Origin: a virus
Taxonomy: Duplodnaviria > Caudoviricetes
Length of the DNA stretch: 55,643 bases
IMG/VR virus record: IMGVR_UViG_3300030372_005607
Location: 1-55,643 of that record
Reading direction: 5' to 3' (one strand)
This document shows, piece by piece, positions 23,257 through 32,817 of this stretch; positions within the stretch are counted from its first letter, which is position 1; each line of letters starts with the position of its first letter. The notes below the pieces were generated by a model. It saw only the letters and a list, made by a program, of their open reading frames with translations. It had not been told where the DNA came from and made no database searches. A program made the translations under genes and the position numbers.

Positions 23257-23907
23257 TTGGACGAGTACGAAAAAGCAGCTTCGGATCTTATAAAGTTACA
23301 CGAAGGTTCGGTTCCTAATTACTACAGCCTACCCTCTCGTTACGGCAATTCTGGTGCGACAGTAGGTATCGGCGTTGACTTGGGACAACACAACAGAAGC
23401 AGATTGGAAGATTTGGGTATTCCGGGTTCAATCATAGACAAGGTCGAACCCCTTTTTGGTGTAAAAAACATAGATGGCGAAGGTGCTGTTGAAGAGGCAA
23501 TTTCAAAATCTCAGCAGCTTAACCCCGAAGAATTAGATCTTTTGAACAATGCGTTCCTTCAGGAAAACTCTATTGGTTTGATGTCTGATCTAGGACCATC
23601 TTTGGAAAACATAGATCCGGAACTTTTTTCTAGGCTTGCTTCTGCTAGGTATCGCGGTTCATTAAAAAAGAATCACAAGACATTTGGCCTTATTCGAGAA
23701 GGTCGTTTTAAAGAAGCTTCGGTTGAATTTCTTAACAATCAAGAATATAAAAATTTAAAAAAATCCAATCCGAAAGATGGCGTCGTAAGGCGAATGGAAG
23801 AGCTTGCATCTGCTTTGTCTTCTTATCCCGAAAGCCAAGACTTGCAAATCGCTCAGTACAAACGTGGCGGAAAAATAAGAGACGCTTACGGAAGATCTTT
23901 AATTTAA
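23257..23907 (+). CDS. Pesticin-type (T4 lysozyme-like) muramidase
   Basis: LHEG...NSGATVGIGVDLGQ...RRMEE; GAGG RBS, TTG start. Confidence 0.8.
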   Translation: MDEYEKAASDLIKLHEGSVPNYYSLPSRYGNSGATVGIGVDLGQHNRSRLEDLGIPGSIIDKVEPLFGVKNIDGEGAVEEAISKSQQLNPEELDLLNNAFLQENSIGLMSDLGPSLENIDPELFSRLASARYRGSLKKNHKTFGLIREGRFKEASVEFLNNQEYKNLKKSNPKDGVVRRMEELASALSSYPESQDLQIAQYKRGGKIRDAYGRSLI

Positions 23908-23931
23908 GATCTTAGAGGTTATTAAAACCAA

Positions 23932-26418
23932 ATGGCAATTGAGCCTGTTATGGAAGCCTTGATTAACGATGTCGCTGCCGATGGTGTTGCAGTTGGCGAG
24001 ATTGACGTTGATGCCGAGGCACCTGAAATAATCATCGAGGCTGACGATGATGGAATAATGATTGAGTTCTCGCCCCAAGAGGACGAAGAGGAAGAGATAG
24101 CTTTCGACGCAAACCTTGCTGAGTATTGCGACGAAGAATGTCTCGACCATCTTGCCAGCGAACTGCTTGGCCTTTGCGTTTCTGATCGCGAGTCGAGGAA
24201 GGATTGGGAAGAAACCTACATTAAGGGTCTTGACCAATTAGGCATGAAGATCGAAGACAGAAGCACCCCCTGGCCGGGGGCGTGCGGGGTGCAGCACCCA
24301 GTCCTTGCGGAAGCCGTTGTTCGTTTCCAGGCCCAGACTATCACAGAGATTTTTCCAAACGCAGGACCTGTAAAAACTAAAATAATCGGCAAGCCTGATG
24401 AGGCCAAGGAAAAACAAGCGTTTCGCGTAAAAGAGTATATGAATTACTTGATTACCGAAGACATGCCAGAGTATCGATCCGAAACGGAAAAGATGCTTTT
24501 CAACTTGGCACTTGCTGGCAGTGCTTTTAGAAAAGTTTATTGGGATGCAAGCATGGGCCGACCCTGCTCCATGTTTATACCCGCAGAAGAACTTCTAGTT
24601 TCTTACGGTGCTCCGTCTCTCGAAATGGCAGAGCGAGTCACCCATGTAATGAAAAAGACATCTAACGAGGTCAGGAAGCTTCAGGTTGCTGGCTTCTATC
24701 TCGACATAGATCTTTCAGATCCTAGTGACGATATTTCTGATGTCCAAGAAAAATACAATGAGCTAACTGGAGACTCACCGGGCTTTTCGTCTGACAACAG
24801 GCATACCATTTTTGAGATTCACGTTGACTTGGATCTCTCTGGTTTTGAGGACATGAAGGACGGGGACCCTACAGGAATTGCGCTCCCCTATGTCGTAAGT
24901 CTTGACAAGGACAGCGGCGAGATTCTTTCTATTCGACGAAACTGGATGGAGAGTGATTCTTTCAAGATGCGAAGGAATCATTTTGTCCATTACGAATATC
25001 TCCCCGGCATGGGTTTTTACGGTTTTGGTCTTATCCACCTTATCGGTGGCATTGCTAAATCGTCAACTTCTCTTCTTCGCCAATTGGTCGATGCGGGGAC
25101 TTTGGCGAATCTCCCCGGAGGCCTTAAGGCAAGGGGGCTTAGAATTAAGGGCGACGATTCACCGATCATGCCAGGAGAGTTTCGGGACGTTGATGTTCCC
25201 GGCGGCGCAATCAGGGACAATATCACTTTCCTTCCTTACAAAGAACCTTCCAATGTTCTTTACCAATTGCTTCAAAACATTGTCGAAGAGGGAAGAAGGT
25301 TTGCTTCTATAACCGATATGAAGGTTTCTGATATGAACCAGCAGGCTCCCGTGGGAACCACGCTGGCAATTATCGAAAGATCAATGAAAGTTATGAACGC
25401 AATCCAAGCTCGCGTTCATTATTCGATGAAAAGAGAGTTTAAAATTCTTTCTGGCATTGTAAGAGATTACATGCCTGAGGATTATGAATGGGAAGTCGAT
25501 GGAGTTGAGGCCTTTAAAGCAGTTGACTTCGATGATCGAATTGATGTTATCCCCGTCTCAGATCCAAACTCTTCAACGATGGCGCAGCGAATTATGCAAT
25601 ATCAAGCAGCACTTCAATTGGCTGCTACTGCTCCTCAGCTTTATAACCTTTCTGAGCTTCATCGACAGATGCTCGATGTACTAGGCATTGAAGACGCCGA
25701 CGACATTGTTCCGACAGAAGACGACATCAAGGCTCTTGATCCAGTTTCTGAAAACATGAATATTCTTAAGACCGATCCTGTTAGGGCTTATATTTGGCAA
25801 GATCATCTTTCGCATATCCAAGTTCACATGGATGCTGCTAAGGATCCGAAGATGATGCAGATTATTCAGTCTTCCCCCAAGGCTAAGCAGATAGAGGCTT
25901 CCCTTGCTGCTCATGTCCTTGAGCATCTTGGATTTCAGTATAGGCAGGAGATTGAAAAAGAACTCGGCGTGCCCCTGCCTCCCCCGGATGAACCTTTGCC
26001 CCAAGATATTGAAGTCAGAATATCATCCCTTGTTGCCGAGGCTGGGAGCAGATTACTGGGCCGAGATGTTGCTGAAGCTCAACTCAAAGAGCAGATGGCG
26101 AAGATGCAGGATCCGGTCATACAGCAGCAGAACCGGGAGCTTGACATCAAGGAAGCAGAGCTTCAGCACAAGATGAAGGTAGATGCTTCTAGGATTGCAG
26201 CCGATCTTAAGAAGGCAAAAGACCGGCTTGAAGTCGAAAAAGATCGCATTACATCTAACGAGATGCTAACCGGCATGCAGGCTGGCAAAGATGCCGTTAT
26301 TGAAAATCTCAAGTTAGACAACAAGAAGAGGGCGGAAAGCGCCAAGGAGCTTGTTGAAGGTCTTAAGGTTGGTCTAGATGTTGCTGAAAAAATTAAAGCT
26401 GAAAGGGAATCTGAGTGA
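23932..26418 (+). CDS. Portal protein (P22-like)
   Basis: 828 aa after terL; PWPGACGV.HP, GSAFRKVY, FYGFGL, DAGTLANLP, APVGTT; long C-terminal helical barrel. Confidence 0.93.
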   Translation: MAIEPVMEALINDVAADGVAVGEIDVDAEAPEIIIEADDDGIMIEFSPQEDEEEEIAFDANLAEYCDEECLDHLASELLGLCVSDRESRKDWEETYIKGLDQLGMKIEDRSTPWPGACGVQHPVLAEAVVRFQAQTITEIFPNAGPVKTKIIGKPDEAKEKQAFRVKEYMNYLITEDMPEYRSETEKMLFNLALAGSAFRKVYWDASMGRPCSMFIPAEELLVSYGAPSLEMAERVTHVMKKTSNEVRKLQVAGFYLDIDLSDPSDDISDVQEKYNELTGDSPGFSSDNRHTIFEIHVDLDLSGFEDMKDGDPTGIALPYVVSLDKDSGEILSIRRNWMESDSFKMRRNHFVHYEYLPGMGFYGFGLIHLIGGIAKSSTSLLRQLVDAGTLANLPGGLKARGLRIKGDDSPIMPGEFRDVDVPGGAIRDNITFLPYKEPSNVLYQLLQNIVEEGRRFASITDMKVSDMNQQAPVGTTLAIIERSMKVMNAIQARVHYSMKREFKILSGIVRDYMPEDYEWEVDGVEAFKAVDFDDRIDVIPVSDPNSSTMAQRIMQYQAALQLAATAPQLYNLSELHRQMLDVLGIEDADDIVPTEDDIKALDPVSENMNILKTDPVRAYIWQDHLSHIQVHMDAAKDPKMMQIIQSSPKAKQIEASLAAHVLEHLGFQYRQEIEKELGVPLPPPDEPLPQDIEVRISSLVAEAGSRLLGRDVAEAQLKEQMAKMQDPVIQQQNRELDIKEAELQHKMKVDASRIAADLKKAKDRLEVEKDRITSNEMLTGMQAGKDAVIENLKLDNKKRAESAKELVEGLKVGLDVAEKIKAERESE

Positions 26419-26606
26419 GTAAAAGCTGGAGTGAGCTTTTTAGGGAAAAACTCAGGGAGAACATGAACAACAAAGCGGATGATTTAGCGACTGGATGCGC
26501 TTCTGATTTCGCCGACTACAGATATTGCGTTGGTGTTATAGAGGGGTTAGCTCTCGCAGAGAGAGAGTTTTTAGACATCATCGAACGAATTGAAAAGGAC
26601 CAATAA
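26415..26606 (+). CDS. Small head-module hypothetical protein
   Basis: DFADYRYCVGVIEGL; GTGA-coupled to portal. Confidence 0.8.
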   Translation: MSKSWSELFREKLRENMNNKADDLATGCASDFADYRYCVGVIEGLALAEREFLDIIERIEKDQ

Positions 26607-26685
26607 TTACGCCCATTGTGGGTGCATGTGGTAACGGCCCGCCATTAAAGAGGCTGCAAACAGCGAAAGCTGCAAAAGGACGTAA

Positions 26686-27075
26686 ATGGCTGAAGAGTCG
26701 GAAGAGTTAGAGGAGTATCACGAGATTCTTAATAAAGCCGGTGATAACTTACCAAAGCCTAGTGGCTGGAAAGTTCTCATTGCGGTTCCAAAAGCAAAAG
26801 AAAAAACTGATGGCGGTATATATAAGCCATACGAATCAATGAACGCCGAAGAGGTCGGTACGATCATTGGTTTAGTTCTTAAGCTTGGTGACCTTGCTTA
26901 TAAGGATCAAAAAAAATTCCCATCGGGTCCATGGTGTCATCGTGGCGACTTTGTCGTTATGAGAACTTACTCTGGAACCCGCTTCAAAGTTGGGGATCAG
27001 GAATTCCGCCTAATTAATGATGACACGGTAGAGGCCGTCGTTGACGATCCCAGAGGGGTTGCAAAAGTAATATGA
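26686..27075 (+). CDS. groES: GroES-like co-chaperonin
   Basis: PSGWKVLI...TDGGI...VLKLG...GDFV...YSGTRF...RLINDD.V.AVV. Confidence 0.9.
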   Translation: MAEESEELEEYHEILNKAGDNLPKPSGWKVLIAVPKAKEKTDGGIYKPYESMNAEEVGTIIGLVLKLGDLAYKDQKKFPSGPWCHRGDFVVMRTYSGTRFKVGDQEFRLINDDTVEAVVDDPRGVAKVI

Positions 27076-28055
27076 GTAATGAACAGCTAGTTTCGTCTCC
27101 TATGGGAGGCGCACCTGAAGACGAAGATGTTCAAGAAGAAATCTCGGAAGAAGTTGAACTTGACATAGTAGATGACACTCCTGAGCAAGATAGAAATAGA
27201 AAATCTCCAAAGGATGAATCTAGGTCTGATCACGAAGAAGAACTAAAAAGCGTTAGCCAGTCAGTTCAGAAACGGATTAAGAAACTTAAGTTTGACTATC
27301 ACGAAGAGAGGAGAAACAAAGAATCTGCTGCGAGGCTCAGAGATGAGGCTGTTTCCTACGCGCAAAAAATTTCAGAGGAAAACAAGCAGCTAAGGGATCT
27401 TCTAAACCGCGGTGAGCAAGTCCTTATCGACGAAGTTAAAAACCGAACCGAGAAGGACGTTTTTTCCGCAAAAGAAAAACTTAAAAGAGCGCATGAAGAA
27501 GGCGACATTGATGCTTTGGCAGATGCCCAAGAGCAACTAACCAAAGCATCCTACGAAGCCCAGAGAGCTTCGGAGTTTAAGCCTGTTTCTGATACGCCCT
27601 CGCAAGAACAGCCCGTTGAACAACAACAGGCTGCTTCTCAAGTACCAACCCCTGATCCGAAAGCGGCTCAGTGGGCTAGTAAAAATCCTTGGTTTCAAAC
27701 TGACAGAGAAATGACAGCATTTGCCTTTGCTGTTCATGAGGGTTTGGTTAAGCAAGGTGTCAATCCGACTAGTAATCAGTATTACAGTTTGATTGATAAA
27801 AAAATGCAGGAAAGATTTCCTGATAAATTCGAGTCGGCATCTGAAGCTGAAGAACCTGCTGAAGAGTCGAACCTTCGTTCCGATGGGGCCACTCGAAAAC
27901 CTTCGACGGTAGTAGCACCTGCAAGGCGAACTACGGGTGCAAAAAATCGCAAAATCCGAATGACGAAGACTCAGGTCGCTCTCGCAAAGCGTCTGGGTAT
28001 CACTCCTGAGCAGTACGCCAAACAGGTTTTGGAACTGGAGAAAGCAAATGGTTGA
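27072..28055 (+). CDS. Capsid scaffolding protein
   Basis: Acidic coiled coil, WASKNPWF, C-terminal AKRLGITPEQYAK. Confidence 0.8.
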   Translation: MSNEQLVSSPMGGAPEDEDVQEEISEEVELDIVDDTPEQDRNRKSPKDESRSDHEEELKSVSQSVQKRIKKLKFDYHEERRNKESAARLRDEAVSYAQKISEENKQLRDLLNRGEQVLIDEVKNRTEKDVFSAKEKLKRAHEEGDIDALADAQEQLTKASYEAQRASEFKPVSDTPSQEQPVEQQQAASQVPTPDPKAAQWASKNPWFQTDREMTAFAFAVHEGLVKQGVNPTSNQYYSLIDKKMQERFPDKFESASEAEEPAEESNLRSDGATRKPSTVVAPARRTTGAKNRKIRMTKTQVALAKRLGITPEQYAKQVLELEKANG

Positions 28056-28527
28056 TAAAACTACGCTTAATGAGGAACAGGATCCTCGCGCAAAACGAGA
28101 GCATGAGACCCGAGAGTCTGATGCTCGACCTGATACATGGACTCCCCCCAGTGTTCTTCCGACGCCGGATCCGCAGGATGGTTATGTCTTCCGATGGATT
28201 CGTACCTCAATGCGAGGTGAGGCGGATAACACGAATGTTTCCCGAAAATATCGGGAAGGATGGGAACCTGTTCGCTTGGAAGATCACCCCGAGCTTCGCC
28301 TGATTCCGGACATTGATAGCCGGTTTGATGGCGCTGCCGTTGTGGGTGGTTTGATGCTTTGCAAAAACTCTGCTGAAAAAATGAATCAGAAAAAAGAGTA
28401 CATGCAGAAAATCAACCAAGAGCAGATGGATGCCGTGGATCAGAACTATATGCGTGAACAAGATGCGAGAATGCCTTTGCTCCCTCCGGAGCGGAGAACT
28501 CGCGTCACGTTTGGCGACGGCTCTTAG
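28048..28527 (+). CDS. Head-module hypothetical protein
   Basis: WTPPSVLP.P...FRWIR...REGWEPV...GGLMLCK. Confidence 0.8.
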   Translation: MVDKTTLNEEQDPRAKREHETRESDARPDTWTPPSVLPTPDPQDGYVFRWIRTSMRGEADNTNVSRKYREGWEPVRLEDHPELRLIPDIDSRFDGAAVVGGLMLCKNSAEKMNQKKEYMQKINQEQMDAVDQNYMREQDARMPLLPPERRTRVTFGDGS

Positions 28528-28576
28528 GAGAGGTACTCCTAATCAGGCCGTTGCCTGATGTTAAGGAGAATTAGTT

Positions 28577-29179
28577 ATGGCTTATGGACTTCGGCCCATC
28601 CAAGCTGGCCCCGGCGGGGCCTACAATTCTGGGGGCTTTACTGAATATCCGATTGCTGATGGTGAAACTGACAGTATTTTCACCGGAACTTTTGTTGTTC
28701 AGGAAGCGTCTGGCTATGTGACGGCGTTGGCAACCAGCCCTGTTGTTGGTTCGCCTACGGTTACAGGTATGACAATTGGCGTTGCTGTTGGTTTTCGATA
28801 TACGGATACCGATGGTAGCATTAAGTTTAGCACTTACTATCCGGGCGGCGGCTACACAAATGCTTTTGCTTTTGTTGCCGACAATCCGGAGCAGAGATTC
28901 CTCATTAAGTCTGATGGTGCGACAGTTCAGGCCGACATGGGTCTCAACGCTCCTGTTGTTTCTAATTCAGGAACTGCGAGTAATGTTGCCCAGGGAAGTA
29001 CAACCACCGGGCTTTCGACGACTGTATTGGATCAAAGCTCTCAAGCAACCACTACGGGCATTGCTCTGCGACTTCTTTCCATTCCGGAAGACGGGTCGAA
29101 TGAGTCTAGCAGCACGCCTAACGTCATTGTCAAAATTAACCCTGCGGTTCATCAACTGCTTGAGCCTTTGGGACTCTAG
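28577..29179 (+). CDS. Capsid decoration/cement protein
   Basis: AYGLRP N-terminus, beta-rich, immediately before the MCP. Confidence 0.7.
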   Translation: MAYGLRPIQAGPGGAYNSGGFTEYPIADGETDSIFTGTFVVQEASGYVTALATSPVVGSPTVTGMTIGVAVGFRYTDTDGSIKFSTYYPGGGYTNAFAFVADNPEQRFLIKSDGATVQADMGLNAPVVSNSGTASNVAQGSTTTGLSTTVLDQSSQATTTGIALRLLSIPEDGSNESSSTPNVIVKINPAVHQLLEPLGL

Positions 29180-29196
29180 GAAAGGAGTAATTAATC

Positions 29197-30105
29197 ATGG
29201 CAATTTCACGCGCACAAATGATGAAAGAACTCCTTCCCGGACTCAATGCACTTTTTGGGTTGGAGTATGACACTTACGAAAACGAGCATGAAGACATCTA
29301 CGAAATGGAGTCTTCGGATCGAGCCTTTGAAGAAGAAGTTCAGCTTTCTGGGTTCGGTGCTGCTCCGGTGAAGTCGGAAGGTTCCGCTATCGCTTACGAT
29401 ACGGCACAGGAAGTCTTCACTGCCCGATACAACCACGAGACGGTTGCTTTGGGTTATTCGATCACGGAAGAAGCCGTTGAGGATAACCTCTACGACTCGC
29501 TTTCTGCTCGATACACGAAGGCCCTCGCACGGGCGATGGCTAGCACCAAGCAAACGAAGGCTGCTTCTCCGTTGAACAACGGATTCGGCACCTTCCAATC
29601 GGGCGACGGTGTTGTTCTTTTCAGCACCTCGCATCCGCTGGTAAATGGCGGAACCAACAGCAACCGACCGCAGACCCTGTCGGATCTTAATGAGACTTCG
29701 CTTGAGCAGGCAGTGATTGATATTGCTGCGTTCACTGATCAGCGCGGCCTCAAGGTTGCTGCTCGACCGAAGCGGCTCATTGTTCCTGCCGCCAACATGT
29801 TCGTTGCGACTCGCGTTCTGGAGTCGGATCGGCGTGCTGGCACCGCAGACAACGATGTGAACGCTCTGCGAACCAACGGAAGTATTCCGGATGGTTGGCG
29901 GGTCAACCACTACATCACTGGTGATGACGATTGGTTCATCATCACGGATGTTCCGAACGGCATGAAGGGCTTCAATCGAACCCCTCTGCAGACGAGCATG
30001 GACGGTGATTTTGACACCGGCAATGTTCGATACAAGGCGCGAGAGCGATACTCCTTTGGAGTTAGCGATCCGCTGGGCATCTACGGTTCAAGTGGTGCTG
30101 CGTAA
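29197..30105 (+). CDS. Major capsid protein (HK97 fold, Mu gpT-like)
   Basis: MAISRAQ..KELLPGLNALFGLEY...DFDTGNVRYKARERYSFG; followed by a terminator. Confidence 0.93.
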   Translation: MAISRAQMMKELLPGLNALFGLEYDTYENEHEDIYEMESSDRAFEEEVQLSGFGAAPVKSEGSAIAYDTAQEVFTARYNHETVALGYSITEEAVEDNLYDSLSARYTKALARAMASTKQTKAASPLNNGFGTFQSGDGVVLFSTSHPLVNGGTNSNRPQTLSDLNETSLEQAVIDIAAFTDQRGLKVAARPKRLIVPAANMFVATRVLESDRRAGTADNDVNALRTNGSIPDGWRVNHYITGDDDWFIITDVPNGMKGFNRTPLQTSMDGDFDTGNVRYKARERYSFGVSDPLGIYGSSGAA

Positions 30106-30113
30106 CTAGGATT

Positions 30114-30144
30114 GGGCGGGGGCCTTCGGGCTCCCGCTCTTTTT
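30114..30144 (+). terminator. Intrinsic terminator after MCP
   Basis: GGGCGGGGGCC-TTCG-GGCTCCCGCTC-TTTTT. Confidence 0.85.
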
Positions 30145-30155
30145 CCGGTGGTTTA

Positions 30156-30437
30156 TTGATGTCGATTGAATATCGTGGTCAAAAGTTTTCGGGCTATAAC
30201 AAGCCCAAGAGGACTCCCTCCCATCCGAAAAAGTCTCACGTTGTTCTAGCCAAAGATGGCGAGAAGGTGAAGATGATTCGGTTTGGTGAGCAGGGAGCAA
30301 GCACTGCGGGCAAGCCCAAGTCGGGTGAGTCCGACCGAATGAAAGCAAAGCGCAAATCATTCAAAGCTCGCCATGGCAAAAATATTGCCAAGGGGAAAAT
30401 GTCTGCTGCCTATTGGGCAGATAAGACAAAATGGTAA
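30156..30437 (+). CDS. Small basic phage protein
   Basis: HVVLAK...IRFGEQG...RKSFKARH...SAAYWA...W. Confidence 0.8.
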   Translation: MMSIEYRGQKFSGYNKPKRTPSHPKKSHVVLAKDGEKVKMIRFGEQGASTAGKPKSGESDRMKAKRKSFKARHGKNIAKGKMSAAYWADKTKW

Positions 30438-30509
30438 ACCAAACTCGTCAGACTTAAAAAGACAGTACGCGGACTGGCGAGGTAGTTGCGTACAACGAGG
30501 TAATACAAA

Positions 30510-31046
30510 ATGGGCAAGACAACTTTTAGTGGTCCGGTAAGGTCTTTGAGTGGGTTTTATTCTGCTGGACAAAACTCTGCCGTAGACGTTGCAAACGGAA
30601 CTTCTAATTTCACGATTGGAAGCACTGCTGGTTATGGCGTTGAAGATTACGCAGGTAAAATTATTACGCTTAACGACGCTGACATGACTATTACTCTTCC
30701 CACCATTAGCGCGGTGGCTCCCGGAGATAGTACGGACCCTGGGCAACTTAACAATTTGGGTTTAAAATTCAGATTCCTTGTGGTTACAGAGTCTACTGCT
30801 TTGATTATTAACTGCGGTGGGAGTGACGTTTTTATCGGCGGTGTTCACATCGGGATTGACAATGCGGCCACTACGGATTGGCAAGGCCCAGATGGTTCAG
30901 ATAATACGTTTACTATGAACGGAAGCACAAAGGGTGGTGATCCGGGTAGTTACGTTACTTTTGAGTCTGTAGCCGCGAACAAATGGCTTGTTCAGGGCAA
31001 TCTTATTGGATCAGGCACGCTCGCTACTCCGTTCACGACGGTTTAG
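30510..31046 (+). CDS. Putative head fibre/decoration protein
   Basis: MGKTTFSGPVRS N-terminus, TITLP beta-rich body. Confidence 0.65.
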   Translation: MGKTTFSGPVRSLSGFYSAGQNSAVDVANGTSNFTIGSTAGYGVEDYAGKIITLNDADMTITLPTISAVAPGDSTDPGQLNNLGLKFRFLVVTESTALIINCGGSDVFIGGVHIGIDNAATTDWQGPDGSDNTFTMNGSTKGGDPGSYVTFESVAANKWLVQGNLIGSGTLATPFTTV

Positions 31047-31054
31047 CCATTATG

Positions 31055-31084
31055 ATTAGGGGGCACCTTCGGGTGCCTCCTAAT
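31055..31084 (+). terminator. UUCG hairpin (terminator or mRNA-stabilising)
   Basis: ATTAGGGGGCACC-TTCG-GGTGCCTCCTAAT; no U tract. Confidence 0.55.
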
Positions 31085-31089
31085 ATCCT

Positions 31090-31242
31090 ATGCCTTATAA
31101 AGTCCAAAAAAAGTCTGGTTCTCGGCCCTGGAAGATTATTGCTAACGGGAAAGTTGTTGGCAGTTCTGCGACTAAGTCGTCTGCAGAGGCCTCTGTTCGA
31201 GCCCGCCATGCATCTGAAAAGAAAGGCGGAAATAAGCGTTGA
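31090..31242 (+). CDS. 50-aa basic protein (not in ORF track)
   Basis: MPYKVQKKSGSRPWKIIANGKVVGSSATKSSAEASVRARHASEKKGGNKR; TTGA overlap with the next gene. Confidence 0.75.
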   Translation: MPYKVQKKSGSRPWKIIANGKVVGSSATKSSAEASVRARHASEKKGGNKR

Positions 31243-31625
31243 GTTACTTAGGAACTGTTTTATCGGATACCTACACGTTTGATAGCACCACGGATAAAAA
31301 GTACCTTCCGGCGGGAAGCACTATTTATCAGGCCGCTTCCATTATGGGCATTTTGCTTCAGCCGAAGGAGTATGGAGGCGGTAGTGAGCCAGATCCAGAT
31401 ACCGATGAATCTTTTCAGTTAAAGGACAAGAAGACTGGCGATGTTCTTTTTTCTTGCAGGATTCTGCCAACGCCCAAGCAGGGAAGAAACCGAAGAACTT
31501 ACAATGTTCAAAGGATTATATTCCCAGGAAACGGAATAAGGGCCGAGAATGGTGTTGAGTTTTTACCTTTGTCTTCCGGGACTAATGTCGCAATTGAGCG
31601 ACTCACAATATTTTATCAGGTTTAA
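31239..31625 (+). CDS. Virion beta-sandwich paralog A1
   Basis: FPGNGIRAENGV...LTIFY. Confidence 0.75.
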   Translation: MSYLGTVLSDTYTFDSTTDKKYLPAGSTIYQAASIMGILLQPKEYGGGSEPDPDTDESFQLKDKKTGDVLFSCRILPTPKQGRNRRTYNVQRIIFPGNGIRAENGVEFLPLSSGTNVAIERLTIFYQV

Positions 31626-31629
31626 CTAA

Positions 31630-32046
31630 ATGTCCGTTTCTTTGAATTGTTTTTACAGGCAATACGCATTTAATGCCGCTTACAACGCCGATACGTTGTT
31701 CGACAATGGCGATGCTGAAATAAGCGGAAGAGTATGTTTAAGGAACGCTTGGATAACTACCGTTCTTAATGCTTCTAACCCTTATTGGTCAAGCGTTAAG
31801 ATTGCAAATGGGACTGAATACAGCGACTCAAATGTTGTATTGGAGCTTCCTTATGTATGCAACGCTGTTGCTGACATCTACACAAACGTAAAAATTCCAG
31901 GCAATGGTATGTTGTTTGAGGATGGTCTTTCTTTTCGGTTTAGCATCCCCACTCAAAAGAACAGTGCCGATGGTTCTTTCAATCTAATACAGACGGTAAC
32001 CCTTCTTTATAGCGGCGGGGCAACCTCTATAGTTGCCCCCGTTTAG
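31630..32046 (+). CDS. Virion beta-sandwich paralog A2
   Basis: ISGRVCL...IPGNGMLFEDGL...VTLLY. Confidence 0.78.
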   Translation: MSVSLNCFYRQYAFNAAYNADTLFDNGDAEISGRVCLRNAWITTVLNASNPYWSSVKIANGTEYSDSNVVLELPYVCNAVADIYTNVKIPGNGMLFEDGLSFRFSIPTQKNSADGSFNLIQTVTLLYSGGATSIVAPV

Positions 32047-32053
32047 GTCAGAT

Positions 32054-32455
32054 ATGAGTTTTGAAGGTCATTTAAAAACCATAAGCTTTGCTGCCGTCGA
32101 AAGCGATACCGCATTTGACGCTAGAACCGTAAAGGGTAGATGTAGGCTCGTTGGGTTTTCCCTCACGCCTCAGTATTTAAGCGAAAGCGGCACTCCGGGG
32201 ACAGCTCCCAACCCGAATGGAACGGTGAAACTTGAAGACTTGAATGATTCAAAAACTGGTAGTTCCGGAGTTGTAATATTTGAGTTTCCAGTCCTTTACT
32301 CAGTAAATAATTCACAAATGCTTAGCTGCTCTCTTTTAGATAGCGATGCCTACATTTTATTTAATAATGGAATTTACGTTAATTTTTCAAGTACAGGTAC
32401 TACAAAGGGTCCGCTCGACCCTAATGCCGCTGAGCTAAGTCTTTTTTATTACTAG
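32054..32455 (+). CDS. Virion beta-sandwich paralog A3
   Basis: VKGRCRL...YILFNNGIYV...LSLFY; ATG 32054. Confidence 0.78.
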   Translation: MSFEGHLKTISFAAVESDTAFDARTVKGRCRLVGFSLTPQYLSESGTPGTAPNPNGTVKLEDLNDSKTGSSGVVIFEFPVLYSVNNSQMLSCSLLDSDAYILFNNGIYVNFSSTGTTKGPLDPNAAELSLFYY

Positions 32456-32462
32456 GTTTATT

Positions 32463-32816
32463 ATGGTAGAAATTCAGTCTAGGATGATTACAGAGTTGAG
32501 CGATATTGCCCAAAGCGGTTTAGCCGTTAGCGGCAGGTCTCGATTGTACGGTGCAGTTTTTGGTAACGCAGAAAAATATACCACTTCTGCTACCGCACCC
32601 CCCTACATCGAGTTTAAAAATGGATCGAACTCGGGGGAGTTGCTTGTCGTAATATCCAATTGTCCTAATGGCTGCGAAGACTATTTCGTTTCCAGTACAA
32701 CATATATTGATTTTCCTCCGGGCGGAATTCTTTTTGAAGACGGAATTTACGTAAATATTCCCGGTACCCAAAAGGCCCGAATATGTATTTTGTTCCAGGG
32801 TGGTGCAGACGCTTGA
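32463..32816 (+). CDS. Virion beta-sandwich paralog A4
   Basis: VSGRSRL...FPPGGILFEDGIYV...ICILF. Confidence 0.78.
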   Translation: MVEIQSRMITELSDIAQSGLAVSGRSRLYGAVFGNAEKYTTSATAPPYIEFKNGSNSGELLVVISNCPNGCEDYFVSSTTYIDFPPGGILFEDGIYVNIPGTQKARICILFQGGADA

Positions 32817-32817
32817 T

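Noticed and set aside
26686-27075. GroES without GroEL as a novelty
   Set aside because: Stand-alone phage co-chaperonins in head modules are well known
29206-29910. 234-aa ORF antisense to the MCP
   Set aside because: Shadow ORF typical of strongly biased codon usage
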